Position numbers and translations under genes: made by a program
DNA from: Candidatus Omnitrophota bacterium
GTDB lineage: Bacteria > Omnitrophota > Gorgyraeia > JAFGIU01
Direction: 5' to 3'
Assembly: GCA_016929445.1 (NCBI GenBank)
Contig: JAFGIU010000057.1
Location: 3,867-67,866, forward strand
Length of the DNA stretch: 64,000 nucleotides
In this document: piece by piece, positions 19,047-28,547 of the stretch
Layout of the letters: every line of letters starts with the position of its first letter
Position numbering within the stretch: the first letter of the stretch is position 1
The notes under the pieces: generated by a model
Told to the model about the DNA's origin: nothing
Seen by the model: the letters and a program-made list of their open reading frames with translations, nothing else
Database searches by the model: none

Positions 19047-22000
19047 CTAATTCTTCTGACTCAATTTAAAGAACGCGCTCGGAGTGGTGCTGCGCACCCC
19101 TCCTTCATTCAAGAACAGCAGTTGCACCACAAGCGAATGGGAAGCCCGCACCGTGCCCAAAAAACTCATCCTCCCATCCCCTGCAAATTCCCGCACCCCG
19201 CCCATACTGCGCACGGGATTGGGCCACTCCAAGGCCTCTTCCTCAACGACTTGCTGCTGCAACAAATAGCGCACACCCAACTCCATAACCTGGCGATAGA
19301 GCTGGGCCCGGTCCGGGAACCCGGCCTCCTCGGCCAAAGCCGAGGCCTCTCCCATAGATAACGAGAAAATTCCGGTATCTGCCGTGGAACCGTGAGGCCC
19401 GACCCCGCCGAAGATCTCCCAACCCTCTCCGAGCGAAGCACTTTGCAAAGGCACCAACCGGTCTGCGCTGCGCACCACCCAATCCGCATAAGCCTCCTCC
19501 CCCGTGGCCCGGTAGGCTTGGTGCAGGGACTGAATCAGCCAATAGGCGGTTTCCAGATCCTCGATCTGTCCCGCATACTCCGCCAGAAAAGGGAAGCTGG
19601 TCTCGACCCGTTTCAGGAAGATGTCGTGCCCGGTAAAATAATAGAGTTCCATAAAGGCCGATAGCGCATAGCCCACCTGCAAGAGAGAGGCCTCCTCCGG
19701 ATCGGACTTGAACACTCCGCTGCCCCAGCGCCCGTCCTCCTCCTGCAACAGACCCATGAAGCCCACCAGCTTCTCGAGTTGCCCCTGATACAGACGCGGC
19801 TCCCTCAACTGAATGATCCCCAAAACACCCAGAGCCGTGGGCCCCAGTTGGCCGCCCTGATCCGGCCCGCCCAAATACCCGAGCTGCAAGTTCCCGTCAA
19901 AATCCGCGCCTTCCAGGGTGTAGTCGTGATAGGCCTGCCTCAAATGCAAACCCAGTTTGTATTGGAAGAGTTTCTCCAAGTCATAGTTGGAGGTAAAGGC
20001 CGCCAGGAGACCCATGCGCAAGGAGCCCTCGAGCTGATCCGCCAGAGTCCCGGTGGAAAGGTAAAGATCCCGGGGCGCATCATAGGCGGCAGCCATCCAG
20101 CCCGTGTCATCCATATATCCCTGCAAACACCAGCGCGAGGCATCATAGAGCCGGCCCCACAGGGCCGTGGTATCGGCCAAGTCGGGATCCTTGAGACAGA
20201 ACTGGATAATTTCTTCCCGGCTCAGGGGCGCGACCAAGTCCCTGGCCTTTTGGATAAGCTCCCGGCGCTTATACGCATCAAAAAGCCTCAAGCGTCCGGC
20301 CAAACGGTGGCGCAGATCCGAGGTGCTTTCCTTGACCACTTTGTAGGGATCCGAAGGCAATGAAGACAAGAGCGATGCGTTCAAACGCGCCGTGGGCTGG
20401 TGCGTGGCATCCGGAGAGCGGAATTCCAGAATGAGGTCATCATCGGTGTGAAAGTCTCCTGCTCCCGCGTACTGGCGCAAACCTTCCTCGCCCAATACAA
20501 AACAACTGAGCAGATCATAGAGGGAGTCCACCCCAATGCGCGCAAGGTCCTGACGCAACTGCGTGCGTTTGAATTGCCCCCGGACCTTCTCCACATCAAA
20601 CTCCACAGGAACATCCGAACCCAGCAGGAGCACATCCACTCCGTGCGCCAGCTCCCAGACCTGCGTGTGCGGGAAGACTTCCCCAAAAGTGCGCGTGAGC
20701 AACTTAAGGTCCGCGGGATCGAGGCCGTCCAGAGGAATCCACTGACAAAAAACTCCGCCGCTTTTCAATGCCGCGCGCCCGGCAGCCAGACTTTCATAGG
20801 TGAGCAACGCCCCCGAAGGATAGCTCCACAAGTCCTGCGGCCCGGAGATAATGACATCGTAAACATCAGCCTGCGCGCGCAAGTACCCGCGCAAGTCTTC
20901 GCGCACTAAATGCACCCGGTGATCGGCCAGCACATTACGGTTGTGGAGAGTAAAGAACTGCGAGGCCTCCACTGCAGCCTGCTCCGGCTCCAGAATATCA
21001 ATCCCTTGCACCGCATGCGTGGCCACCGAACTGCTCAGGATCCCGGTTCCCAAACCCACCACCAGAACCTCCCGGGCCTCAGTATGCAACATGAACGGCA
21101 ACTGGCCGGCAAGCACTTCGCTCTCAAGCCGGCTCTTGGCCGCCCCGATAATCCGGCCGTTCCGGACCAAGTAACGGTCGGACCCATCCCGCTCGTCAAT
21201 CACACTCACGGTTTGCGCCGAGCCCTCCCGGTAATACCGCACATCATAACGCGAGTGCAAGTCCTGGCGGAAAGAAGCCCAGCTCGGATTCGCGGTCTGG
21301 AAAGAACTTTGATGCAAGTCGCGGGTAAAAAGGAGAGGATCCCAGGGGGCCAGATAGGCCACAATCAAGGTCAAACAAGGAAGCGCGGTCACGGCTGCAG
21401 CGCGCATTCCAAAAGAGTGACGCCGCGCAGAACGCCAATTCCACAACACAACACCCACCGAAAGATTCACGGCAATGGCCAGGATCACTCCCAAACGCCC
21501 GCCCACGGCAGGCACAATAGCCACGCCCAAGACCAAGGCCCCGCCCACAGCACCCAAAGCTCCCATAACGGTGAAAGCCGCCGCATCCCGGCCCATATGC
21601 CGGCGCCCGGTTGTGGCTGCATCCAAAGCCAAGGGAATCCCCGCGCCCATAAAAAAGGCTGTGGGCAAAAGGATAACGGTGGTTACCACAAGCATCCATC
21701 CCACCGTGGGGTAGAATTCCCCGCCAATGACCCGGCCGAACAAATAGTCAAAAACCGGCAAAAGCCCGCAAAGATAAAGAGTGGTGCAGGCCACAGCTCC
21801 CACCGAAAGCTGGGACACGGCCAGAAGCCGCAAGCGGTCCCCGCGCGACACACCGGGAAAACGCAGAACCGCCAAAATCCCCAACCCAATCCCGAGAAGA
21901 AAGGCGGAAAGCCCGAAGGAGAGCGTATAAATCGACCCGCCCGCATAGAAACTGAGGAAGCGCACCCAACTGACCTGATACACCAAGGCCGTGCCGCCGA

Positions 22001-22718
22001 TCAGGGCCAGAACCGCCAAACCCAGCGTGCGCCTTTGCTGCGCCAAAGGCGCCAGCCGCGCTGACGTGCGCATCACATGCGCGACGCGCCTGCGGCGCCG
22101 GACCCCCGGAGACGGCGGAGGCACACTGCGCTGGGATTCCGGCAGACTCCCCCAACCCAAAGCCGCGGCAATCACATGGCCCAGGGCTGTCAGGAAGACA
22201 GCCCCGGTCACACCCAAGAGCGCAAGGGAGAAAAACACACAGGCCAGGCAGCCCACCACCGCGCCCAGCATGCCAAAGCCGTAAAGCTGGGCCACCTCAT
22301 CCCCGCGCCGCTGCGGCAACTGCATCCAATAACGCGCCAAAACCGGCACACCTGCGCCGATAAAACCTGCAGGCACACCCAAGGCAAGGACCAGCGACAA
22401 GAGAAGAAAACCCCGCGGAGCGCCTTGAGCCAAAATTTGAATGAGAACCGGAAGGAGAAGAATGTAAGCGCCTGCGGCCAACTGAAAGACCGCGTATTTC
22501 CATAGCGCGCGGCGTCGATCCCACGCATCGGCAGTGCGGCCGCTTAAATAAGAGCCCGCGCTAATACCGCCGAAAAAAGCGAGGATAACAAGAAGGGTGG
22601 CGTGGAATTCTGAACCCACCAAGGGCAATACCAAACGCTGCCAAAGGATTTGGGCTGCCAAGGCGGCGCCCCCCGCCAAGGCAAGTGAAATCAGGAGCGC
22701 CTGATTTCTCCACTTCAT
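19047..22718 (-). CDS. Fused multi-TM/spermidine-synthase-like protein with extra C-terminal alpha/alpha-toroid-like domain
   Basis: About 13 TM helices, YYREG, VLVVGLGTG, EDLRGYL, YDVIIS, GGVFCQWIP and HTDD, then ~400 extra aa. Start moved to ATG 22718, which follows AAGGAG. Confidence 0.85.
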   Translation of the reverse strand: MKWRNQALLISLALAGGAALAAQILWQRLVLPLVGSEFHATLLVILAFFGGISAGSYLSGRTADAWDRRRALWKYAVFQLAAGAYILLLPVLIQILAQGAPRGFLLLSLVLALGVPAGFIGAGVPVLARYWMQLPQRRGDEVAQLYGFGMLGAVVGCLACVFFSLALLGVTGAVFLTALGHVIAAALGWGSLPESQRSVPPPSPGVRRRRRVAHVMRTSARLAPLAQQRRTLGLAVLALIGGTALVYQVSWVRFLSFYAGGSIYTLSFGLSAFLLGIGLGILAVLRFPGVSRGDRLRLLAVSQLSVGAVACTTLYLCGLLPVFDYLFGRVIGGEFYPTVGWMLVVTTVILLPTAFFMGAGIPLALDAATTGRRHMGRDAAAFTVMGALGAVGGALVLGVAIVPAVGGRLGVILAIAVNLSVGVVLWNWRSARRHSFGMRAAAVTALPCLTLIVAYLAPWDPLLFTRDLHQSSFQTANPSWASFRQDLHSRYDVRYYREGSAQTVSVIDERDGSDRYLVRNGRIIGAAKSRLESEVLAGQLPFMLHTEAREVLVVGLGTGILSSSVATHAVQGIDILEPEQAAVEASQFFTLHNRNVLADHRVHLVREDLRGYLRAQADVYDVIISGPQDLWSYPSGALLTYESLAAGRAALKSGGVFCQWIPLDGLDPADLKLLTRTFGEVFPHTQVWELAHGVDVLLLGSDVPVEFDVEKVRGQFKRTQLRQDLARIGVDSLYDLLSCFVLGEEGLRQYAGAGDFHTDDDLILEFRSPDATHQPTARLNASLLSSLPSDPYKVVKESTSDLRHRLAGRLRLFDAYKRRELIQKARDLVAPLSREEIIQFCLKDPDLADTTALWGRLYDASRWCLQGYMDDTGWMAAAYDAPRDLYLSTGTLADQLEGSLRMGLLAAFTSNYDLEKLFQYKLGLHLRQAYHDYTLEGADFDGNLQLGYLGGPDQGGQLGPTALGVLGIIQLREPRLYQGQLEKLVGFMGLLQEEDGRWGSGVFKSDPEEASLLQVGYALSAFMELYYFTGHDIFLKRVETSFPFLAEYAGQIEDLETAYWLIQSLHQAYRATGEEAYADWVVRSADRLVPLQSASLGEGWEIFGGVGPHGSTADTGIFSLSMGEASALAEEAGFPDRAQLYRQVMELGVRYLLQQQVVEEEALEWPNPVRSMGGVREFAGDGRMSFLGTVRASHSLVVQLLFLNEGGVRSTTPSAFFKLSQKN

Positions 22719-22744
22719 AGACGCATCTCCTTGAGTGACATTGA

Positions 22745-22774
22745 ATTGTAGCATCACTCAAGAATCGCAGTCAA
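22745..22774 (-). promoter_or_regulatory. Putative sigma-70 promoter
   Basis: TTGACT-18 bp-TACAAT with TGn extension. Confidence 0.55.
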
Positions 22775-22780
22775 ACTGCA

Positions 22781-22870
22781 GGGACGGTTCTTACCGTTCG
22801 TTGAACTCGGCGGGCCGTAAGAACCGTCCCTGGTGTCAGGCACCGGTGCCAGGCACCGGTGCCTGACACC
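22781..22870. repeat. Composite REP-like cluster
   Basis: Hairpin GGGACGGTTCTTAC...GTAAGAACCGTCCC followed by three tandem 13-mers: GGTGTCAGGCACC, GGTGCCAGGCACC, GGTGCCTGACACC. Confidence 0.85.
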
Positions 22871-22876
22871 GTGAAA

Positions 22877-24532
22877 CTATTCTGTTTCACGCCAGTCTAC
22901 CCAACGGTAAGGACGCACGGCAATTTCTGAGTCCACCAAATTCAAGACCTGTTCCGAATACAGGATGTCGCAATAGCCCTGGTCATTGGGAATGTGAAAC
23001 TCCCGGCCATTGAGAAGCACTGCGCCCAGAATCTGAGGCCGCTGATCCACGAGACTGCTCCCCCCTCCGAATGCGCTGTCCAGCACCAAGGGCACATTGA
23101 AGTGATTGTGGAATTCAATTTCCTTGGCTATAAAAGCGCCTCCCAAGTCAATATGGTTATTGCCCGTAAAAGAGCCGTTGGGCAAATACAGATTCGCGTA
23201 CATGACCACATGGTTGCGATCCACATCAAAATCGCCGGCCACATAGAGCACGCAATCCTTGGCGCTCAAACCGCTCCCCGCACCGGCCTGAAGCGTAAAC
23301 CCGTTGTCAATTGTGATGTCCCCAGCCACATGCAGGTTTGTTGGGGCCTGGAAGTAAATTTCACCCCAAACCCCCATGCTCAGGCTATTGAGATAGTAAT
23401 CCCCGCCGCTCAGGTAAAGCACGCAATGCCCGCCCATGCTGATGTTGCGGTAGGAGCCTGCGGCCAAAGTCTGCGTACTGTGATCGCCGAAAGCCAGATC
23501 CGTGGTGCCCGCGCTAAAGCTGGGGAAGCCAGGAAGGCTCATGAGCGGAAGACTCAGTGTGGTATGGGTTGTTCCTCCGATGCTCGAGTGATGACCCACA
23601 GAACCGGAATTGTAATGCAGATCTCCGGCCACTGTGGCGTGATGATCCAGGCTAAGGTTGTCGGCCATAATGCTTCCCCCCCAGACACCGTGAGAATCCG
23701 CGCTGAACCACCCCCCTGCGTTGACCACACCCACATTACCGGAAGCCACGTCCTGATGGTTGTGCATGGCCATGCGGTCCAGAGCCAGGAGCGCAAAGTC
23801 TCCCGCATCAAAGGGACTAGCCGGAGTCCCTATCAACTGCAGACGGGTCACATCCTCCACGCTGCCCGCGACATCGTGCTGATAAACCAACACCAAACCT
23901 GTCCACTGGGCATTGTTCTCCATGATCAGGCGCGGAGGCCTGGAAGCCGCAGGGGTCTTGTCTTCGATAAACAAGACCCCAAAACCTTGGAAGTCATCCT
24001 GGAGTGTGAGTCGGGCATCGTCCACATGCACGATCTTGTAGTTACCCGGGCTCCCGATGGCACTGCTGCCGTTATAAGTGGTGTCCGCTGAAATCACCAT
24101 ATCCGCGATCTGGCGAAAATAGTCGATCATCACTTCCACATCCACGGGAGTGACACCTCCCTCTATTGCAAGCGGGTCGCCGCTAATCGCTGTGTGAAGC
24201 ATGGAGATCACACCGGCATTCAAATCCGTCACTGCGCCGGGACGGTCCCCGGAGCCGGCCAAATTCCCCGATGTGTCAAAATTGTGGCCGTCAATGACCG
24301 CCTCTGCAGGGTAAGTAGGGCTCCCGTCGAGGCTCAGAGAATAACTCGCCTCCCCGGCACGCGAGACAAAGGATACAGCGCCCAGGCTCCCGGCCACTGC
24401 ACCGACCTGGGCCTTCTCGCCGGTCACGACGACTTTCTTGCCTTCAGCGGCAAGGGAAAGGGGCGCCACACACAGTGTGAACGCCCCTATTAACACCAAG
24501 CAGGTTGTTGGTTGCTGGATTCGCGTTCTCAT
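22877..24532 (-). CDS. Secreted beta-helix protein, paralog 3 (His-rich; resembles PilX C-terminal region, putative pilus adhesin)
   Basis: GGAGGAGG RBS, Sec signal peptide, beta-solenoid periodicity, C-terminal WVDWRETE; clearly homologous to its two neighbours. Confidence 0.85.
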   Translation of the reverse strand: MRTRIQQPTTCLVLIGAFTLCVAPLSLAAEGKKVVVTGEKAQVGAVAGSLGAVSFVSRAGEASYSLSLDGSPTYPAEAVIDGHNFDTSGNLAGSGDRPGAVTDLNAGVISMLHTAISGDPLAIEGGVTPVDVEVMIDYFRQIADMVISADTTYNGSSAIGSPGNYKIVHVDDARLTLQDDFQGFGVLFIEDKTPAASRPPRLIMENNAQWTGLVLVYQHDVAGSVEDVTRLQLIGTPASPFDAGDFALLALDRMAMHNHQDVASGNVGVVNAGGWFSADSHGVWGGSIMADNLSLDHHATVAGDLHYNSGSVGHHSSIGGTTHTTLSLPLMSLPGFPSFSAGTTDLAFGDHSTQTLAAGSYRNISMGGHCVLYLSGGDYYLNSLSMGVWGEIYFQAPTNLHVAGDITIDNGFTLQAGAGSGLSAKDCVLYVAGDFDVDRNHVVMYANLYLPNGSFTGNNHIDLGGAFIAKEIEFHNHFNVPLVLDSAFGGGSSLVDQRPQILGAVLLNGREFHIPNDQGYCDILYSEQVLNLVDSEIAVRPYRWVDWRETE

Positions 24533-24661
24533 GACATCCTCCTCCCCCTTCAGGGATTAGTTTTCAGGGCTTCAGATCCGGACCGGGCAGTGTCTCTAGG
24601 ACCCCCTTGCCGCAGTCCGCTGGTTTAGCCCCGGAGGATGTCACCTCCCGCTTACCAGCAC

Positions 24662-24777
24662 GTCATTGCCAGGAGCGCTACTCGTCATCCCGAGGAGCGA
24701 AGCGGCGGGGGGATCTATGTCCCGCAAAGATTGCTTCGCTACGCCCGCAATGACGAAGGAGGCTCACTCGCCATGAC
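24662..24777. repeat. Nested REP-like palindromes, GTCAT...ATGAC family
   Basis: GTCATTGCCAG..GTCATCCCGAGGAGCGAAGCG...GATTGCTTCGCTACGCCCGCAATGAC..CTCGCCATGAC. Confidence 0.8.
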
Positions 24778-24786
24778 TACGGTGTT

Positions 24787-26454
24787 TTATTCGTCTTCCC
24801 TCCAATCCACCCACTTGAACGGGCGCGCTGCGAGCTCAGAGTCTACTGCTGTCAGGACCTCTGAGGAATATAGAATGTCCGCATAAGTCTCGCCGTTGGG
24901 AATGTGGAACTGGCTCCCTGCCATGAGCACCGCGCCCAGAATCTGCGGCCGCTCAGCAGAGCCTCCTCCAGCGCTACCAAAACCACTGTCGAGACTCGCC
25001 GGCACATTGAAGTGGTTGTGGAACTCGATACTTCTGGCGATAAACGCTCCACCCAACTCAATGTGATTATGGCCCGTAAATGATCCATTAGGCATATAGA
25101 GATTTGCGTAAATGACCACATGATTGCGATCCACGTCAAAATCGCCGGCCACGTAAAGCATGCAGTCCTTCGCACTCAAACCACTCCCTGCATCAGCCTG
25201 CAGCGTAAAACCATTATCAATATTGATATCGCCCGCCACATGCAAGGTTGTGGGAGCCTGGAAATACACTTCACCCCAAACCCCCATGCTCAAGTCTTCG
25301 ATATAGTAGTCACCACCGCTCAAATAAAGCACGCCATTGCTGCCAAAAGTAATATCCTTGTAGGATCCCGCTGCCAGTGTATGCGTTGCGTTGTTCCCCA
25401 AGCTGACATCTGCAACCCCTGCAGAGAAGCTGGGAAAAGTGGGCAGCGTCAACAAGGGCGTACTCAAAGTAGTATAGGTTGCGCCCCCTATGCTGGAGTG
25501 ATGATCTACAGAACCTGTGTTGTAGTGCAGGTCACCGGCTACCGTACAGTGATGGCCCAGCGAGAGGTTGTCGGCCATAATGCTTCCACCCCAGACCCCA
25601 TGGGCATCCGCCGTAAATGTCCCGCCTGCATTGACGACACCCACATCACCACTGGCCACATCTTGGTGATTGTGCATTGCAATGCTGTCAATACCCAACA
25701 ACACAAAATCACCCACATCAAAGCCGGTCGACGCCGCAGTCCCCATCATTTTCACGCGTGTCACGTCATCGGCGCTGCCGGCCCCATCGGCCTGGTTCAC
25801 AAGCACCAAACCTACCCATTTGGCGTTATTGAGCATGACCAGGCGGGGATCCCTGCTTGAAGCGGGGTTCTGGTCGTCGATCACTAACACGCCGTAGCCC
25901 TCAAAATCACCCTCAAGCGTGAGCTGCGCGTCCTGGACATAGACGATCTGGTAGTCCGCGGCCCCGCCGATGTTATTGGTTTCGTCGTAGGCCGTGTCCG
26001 CAGTGATCGTCAAATCAGCCGCATACTTAAAGTATGCAACCATTTCGGCTGGATCGACAGCACTGAGGTCTTCGCCTCCCAACAGGGCCGAAGGATCTCC
26101 GCTCACCACGGCATTGCTGGTTGAAAGAGACCCCACGACTTCATCCGTAACCAAGCCGGGCCGGTCCCCGGCGCCCGTCAGGTTGCCGCTGGCATCGTGG
26201 TTCTCGCCTTCAACCACCAGCTCGGATGCGGCTGAAGCGCTCCCGGCCACAGTCAACGCATAGGTCGTTTCTCCGGCGCGGCCCAAGAGACTTAAAGCAC
26301 CCAGACTTGCGGAAACAGTCCCCACAGCCGGCTTAATCCCTGTGACCGAGACCTTTTTCTCCTCTGCGGAAAATGCGGTGCCGGCGCTCAGGCAAAAAAT
26401 GCCGAAGCCCATCACTAGTAACAGGCTTATTGTGAGTACGCTCATTCGTTTCAT
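24787..26454 (-). CDS. Secreted beta-helix protein, paralog 2 (His-rich)
   Basis: True start is ATG 26454 after GAGGAGG; the ORF-track start lies in a repeat. Signal peptide ends AFSA; C-terminus is WVDWREDE. Confidence 0.85.
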   Translation of the reverse strand: MKRMSVLTISLLLVMGFGIFCLSAGTAFSAEEKKVSVTGIKPAVGTVSASLGALSLLGRAGETTYALTVAGSASAASELVVEGENHDASGNLTGAGDRPGLVTDEVVGSLSTSNAVVSGDPSALLGGEDLSAVDPAEMVAYFKYAADLTITADTAYDETNNIGGAADYQIVYVQDAQLTLEGDFEGYGVLVIDDQNPASSRDPRLVMLNNAKWVGLVLVNQADGAGSADDVTRVKMMGTAASTGFDVGDFVLLGIDSIAMHNHQDVASGDVGVVNAGGTFTADAHGVWGGSIMADNLSLGHHCTVAGDLHYNTGSVDHHSSIGGATYTTLSTPLLTLPTFPSFSAGVADVSLGNNATHTLAAGSYKDITFGSNGVLYLSGGDYYIEDLSMGVWGEVYFQAPTTLHVAGDINIDNGFTLQADAGSGLSAKDCMLYVAGDFDVDRNHVVIYANLYMPNGSFTGHNHIELGGAFIARSIEFHNHFNVPASLDSGFGSAGGGSAERPQILGAVLMAGSQFHIPNGETYADILYSSEVLTAVDSELAARPFKWVDWREDE

Positions 26455-26560
26455 GACATGCCTCCTCAGTGTCCCTGTTTCAAGGCCATTGCCGCCCGGC
26501 CCACGCCCTTGAAACACACAGTATGCAACCCCCGTCTTGTGTCGTTGCCTCAAAAACGCC

Positions 26561-26648
26561 GTCATTGCGAGCCGAACCTGGCGAGGCGCGGCAACCTTTA
26601 CGGAACGCGGAACAAAGATCACCACGTCGCTTCGCTCCTCGCGATGAC
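26561..26648. repeat. REP-like palindrome, GTCAT...ATGAC family
   Basis: GTCATTGCGAG...GGCAACC...CGTCGCTTCGCTCCTCGCGATGAC. Confidence 0.8.
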
Positions 26649-26661
26649 GAGGTCCCGCATC

Positions 26662-28290
26662 TTATTCTGCTTCCCGCCAATCCCTCCAAGCATAGGCCCG
26701 GTCATCAATCAAGGCCTCACATGCATCCAAGGCCTGTTCCGAATAGAACACATCAAAAAAGGTCTCTGTATTGGGTAAATGCATCGTGCTCCCCGACAGC
26801 AGCACAGCCCCCAAGATCATGGGACGCTCTTCCGCCCGCCCCCCAATAAAAGCCGAGTCTCCGTTGACTGCTGTGGCCAGGTTATTACTGAAGTCCACGA
26901 CGTTGGCAATCACCGCTCCCTGGAAATCAGCGCCGTTGCCTACCACAATGGACCCGTTGGGAATGTAGATATTGGCATGCACGACCGGGTTGTTGAAGGT
27001 GCAGTCAAAGGTGCCCGTAATATAAATCATCATATCTTTCGGCCCCAAGCCCGCAGCCCCCTCGATCAAGGAAAATCCGTTGGTCACATCAATATCCTCG
27101 GCCACGTAGAGATTGGTGGCTGCAGTGTAATACACGGTGCTGTTTTGGCCCATTTGCAGGCGCCGGATGTAGATATCCCCTCCGGTGAGATAGAGCGTCG
27201 CGTTGTTGCCCATGCGGATCTCGTCATAGGAGCCCGCAGCCGCGCTTTCGATTGCGCCATTGGCCGTGTTGATGATGTCGTCGCCTGGCGCGCCCGCGGA
27301 AAAGACCGGATAGGGCGGCAAAGCCACGTCTGAAAAATCCAGACTGGGATAAACAGTGCCCACCACTGTGACGTTGTTGTCCACGGTCAAATTATTCGAG
27401 TGCACGTCCTCGTTGATAATCACATTCTCCTCGAGATACACCGAATCCGCCAGCACACTCCCGTTAATCACGGCGCCGTTTTCGACAGTCAGAGTATTTC
27501 CCGCGTTGGCGATCCCGATATCCCCGTTGATGATGGCTCCGGTACCGATGATCAAGTCCGAAAGACCCAGCAGCGCATAATCCTGCATGAGAATTTCCAT
27601 GCGGCCTTCCAAAGTGACCCGCGTGACCTGGGAAGCCACAGTCGAATCCTGATATACCACCACCAAGCCCGTCCAAGTCGCGGTGTTGTGCATGACCAGC
27701 CTCGGAGTAGTCCCATCACCGCTCCTGTCCCAAATAGCCAAGACGCCGAAGCCTGCGAAATCCTCTGCCAGAGTGAGCGTCGCGTCATCCACAAAAACAA
27801 TCTGGTAATTTCCGGCGCTGCCGATGCTCCCGCCGTTGTACGTGGTATCCCCGGTAAAAATGATATCCGCGCGGTCCCTGTACCACTCCACCATCTCGAA
27901 GACATCAATGGAGGCCACACCCCCCAGCTGGCCTGAGGGATCTCCCGTCACAACCAGGTTCGAGGCCGTGATCGTCCCAACCACCTGGTCCGTGGCAATC
28001 CCGGCCTGGTCGTCCGCCCCGGTAGCTGTGGCAGTCAAATCGTAATTCGTGCCGTCAATCACGCCCTCCAGCGGCTCCCCGGGTTCCCCGGCAGCCACCA
28101 GGGAATAGCTCGCGGCTCCGTCCCGGCCCATAAAGTTCACGGCCCCAAAGGTCAAGGCATCCAAGGCCGGACGGGTCGCGGTCACTTCCACCTTTTTGGC
28201 TTCAAACCCAAAAGTCCGGCTTGCCGCGCCCAAGGCATTCATGGCCACAAACACCGCCAAAATAAAGACACTCCCCAAGAACCTCTTCAT
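26662..28290 (-). CDS. Secreted beta-helix protein, paralog 1 (Asn/Gly turns)
   Basis: Signal peptide MKRFLGSVFILAVFVAMNALGA; same framework as paralogs 2 and 3; C-terminus WRDWREAE. Confidence 0.85.
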   Translation of the reverse strand: MKRFLGSVFILAVFVAMNALGAASRTFGFEAKKVEVTATRPALDALTFGAVNFMGRDGAASYSLVAAGEPGEPLEGVIDGTNYDLTATATGADDQAGIATDQVVGTITASNLVVTGDPSGQLGGVASIDVFEMVEWYRDRADIIFTGDTTYNGGSIGSAGNYQIVFVDDATLTLAEDFAGFGVLAIWDRSGDGTTPRLVMHNTATWTGLVVVYQDSTVASQVTRVTLEGRMEILMQDYALLGLSDLIIGTGAIINGDIGIANAGNTLTVENGAVINGSVLADSVYLEENVIINEDVHSNNLTVDNNVTVVGTVYPSLDFSDVALPPYPVFSAGAPGDDIINTANGAIESAAAGSYDEIRMGNNATLYLTGGDIYIRRLQMGQNSTVYYTAATNLYVAEDIDVTNGFSLIEGAAGLGPKDMMIYITGTFDCTFNNPVVHANIYIPNGSIVVGNGADFQGAVIANVVDFSNNLATAVNGDSAFIGGRAEERPMILGAVLLSGSTMHLPNTETFFDVFYSEQALDACEALIDDRAYAWRDWREAE

Positions 28291-28547
28291 GGCCCTTTCC
28301 CCCACAATAAAATGACCGGAACTCCGAACTTGCGCACCTGCTCCACGCGAGCCTCCCCTTCAAATCCTGCCCTCTCAGACTGTTCTCCCTAACCGTCGTC
28401 TCAAACGACTGACCCCGTACCCCTGAGGCAATGACGGCCTACCCCCATCAGGACAAGAACTTGGGCCCGCAGGCTACCCCTTCAGGCTGTTCGGTTTCCC
28501 GGCCAGATACACTTGCTGTATCGTGGACATAACAAGATCCATCTGGG

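Noticed and set aside
22832-22870. CRISPR-like tandem repeats
   Set aside because: These are abutting 13-bp palindromes without spacers and no cas genes are present; they fit REP-like elements.
24541-24660. Second cyclic-dinucleotide riboswitch
   Set aside because: It lacks the GGCAAA/GCAAA core of class I and the motifs of class II or c-di-AMP riboswitches; kept only as an unassigned structure.
23000-25750. Diversity-generating retroelement template/variable repeat pair (similar segments in paralogs 2 and 3)
   Set aside because: Both copies are intact genes with mostly synonymous, non-adenine-specific differences, and no reverse transcriptase is present.
22877-28290. Calling the three paralogs canonical PilY1 or ice-binding proteins
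   Set aside because: No beta-propeller or vWA pattern and no regular TxT ice-binding face is evident; only a general beta-solenoid resemblance.
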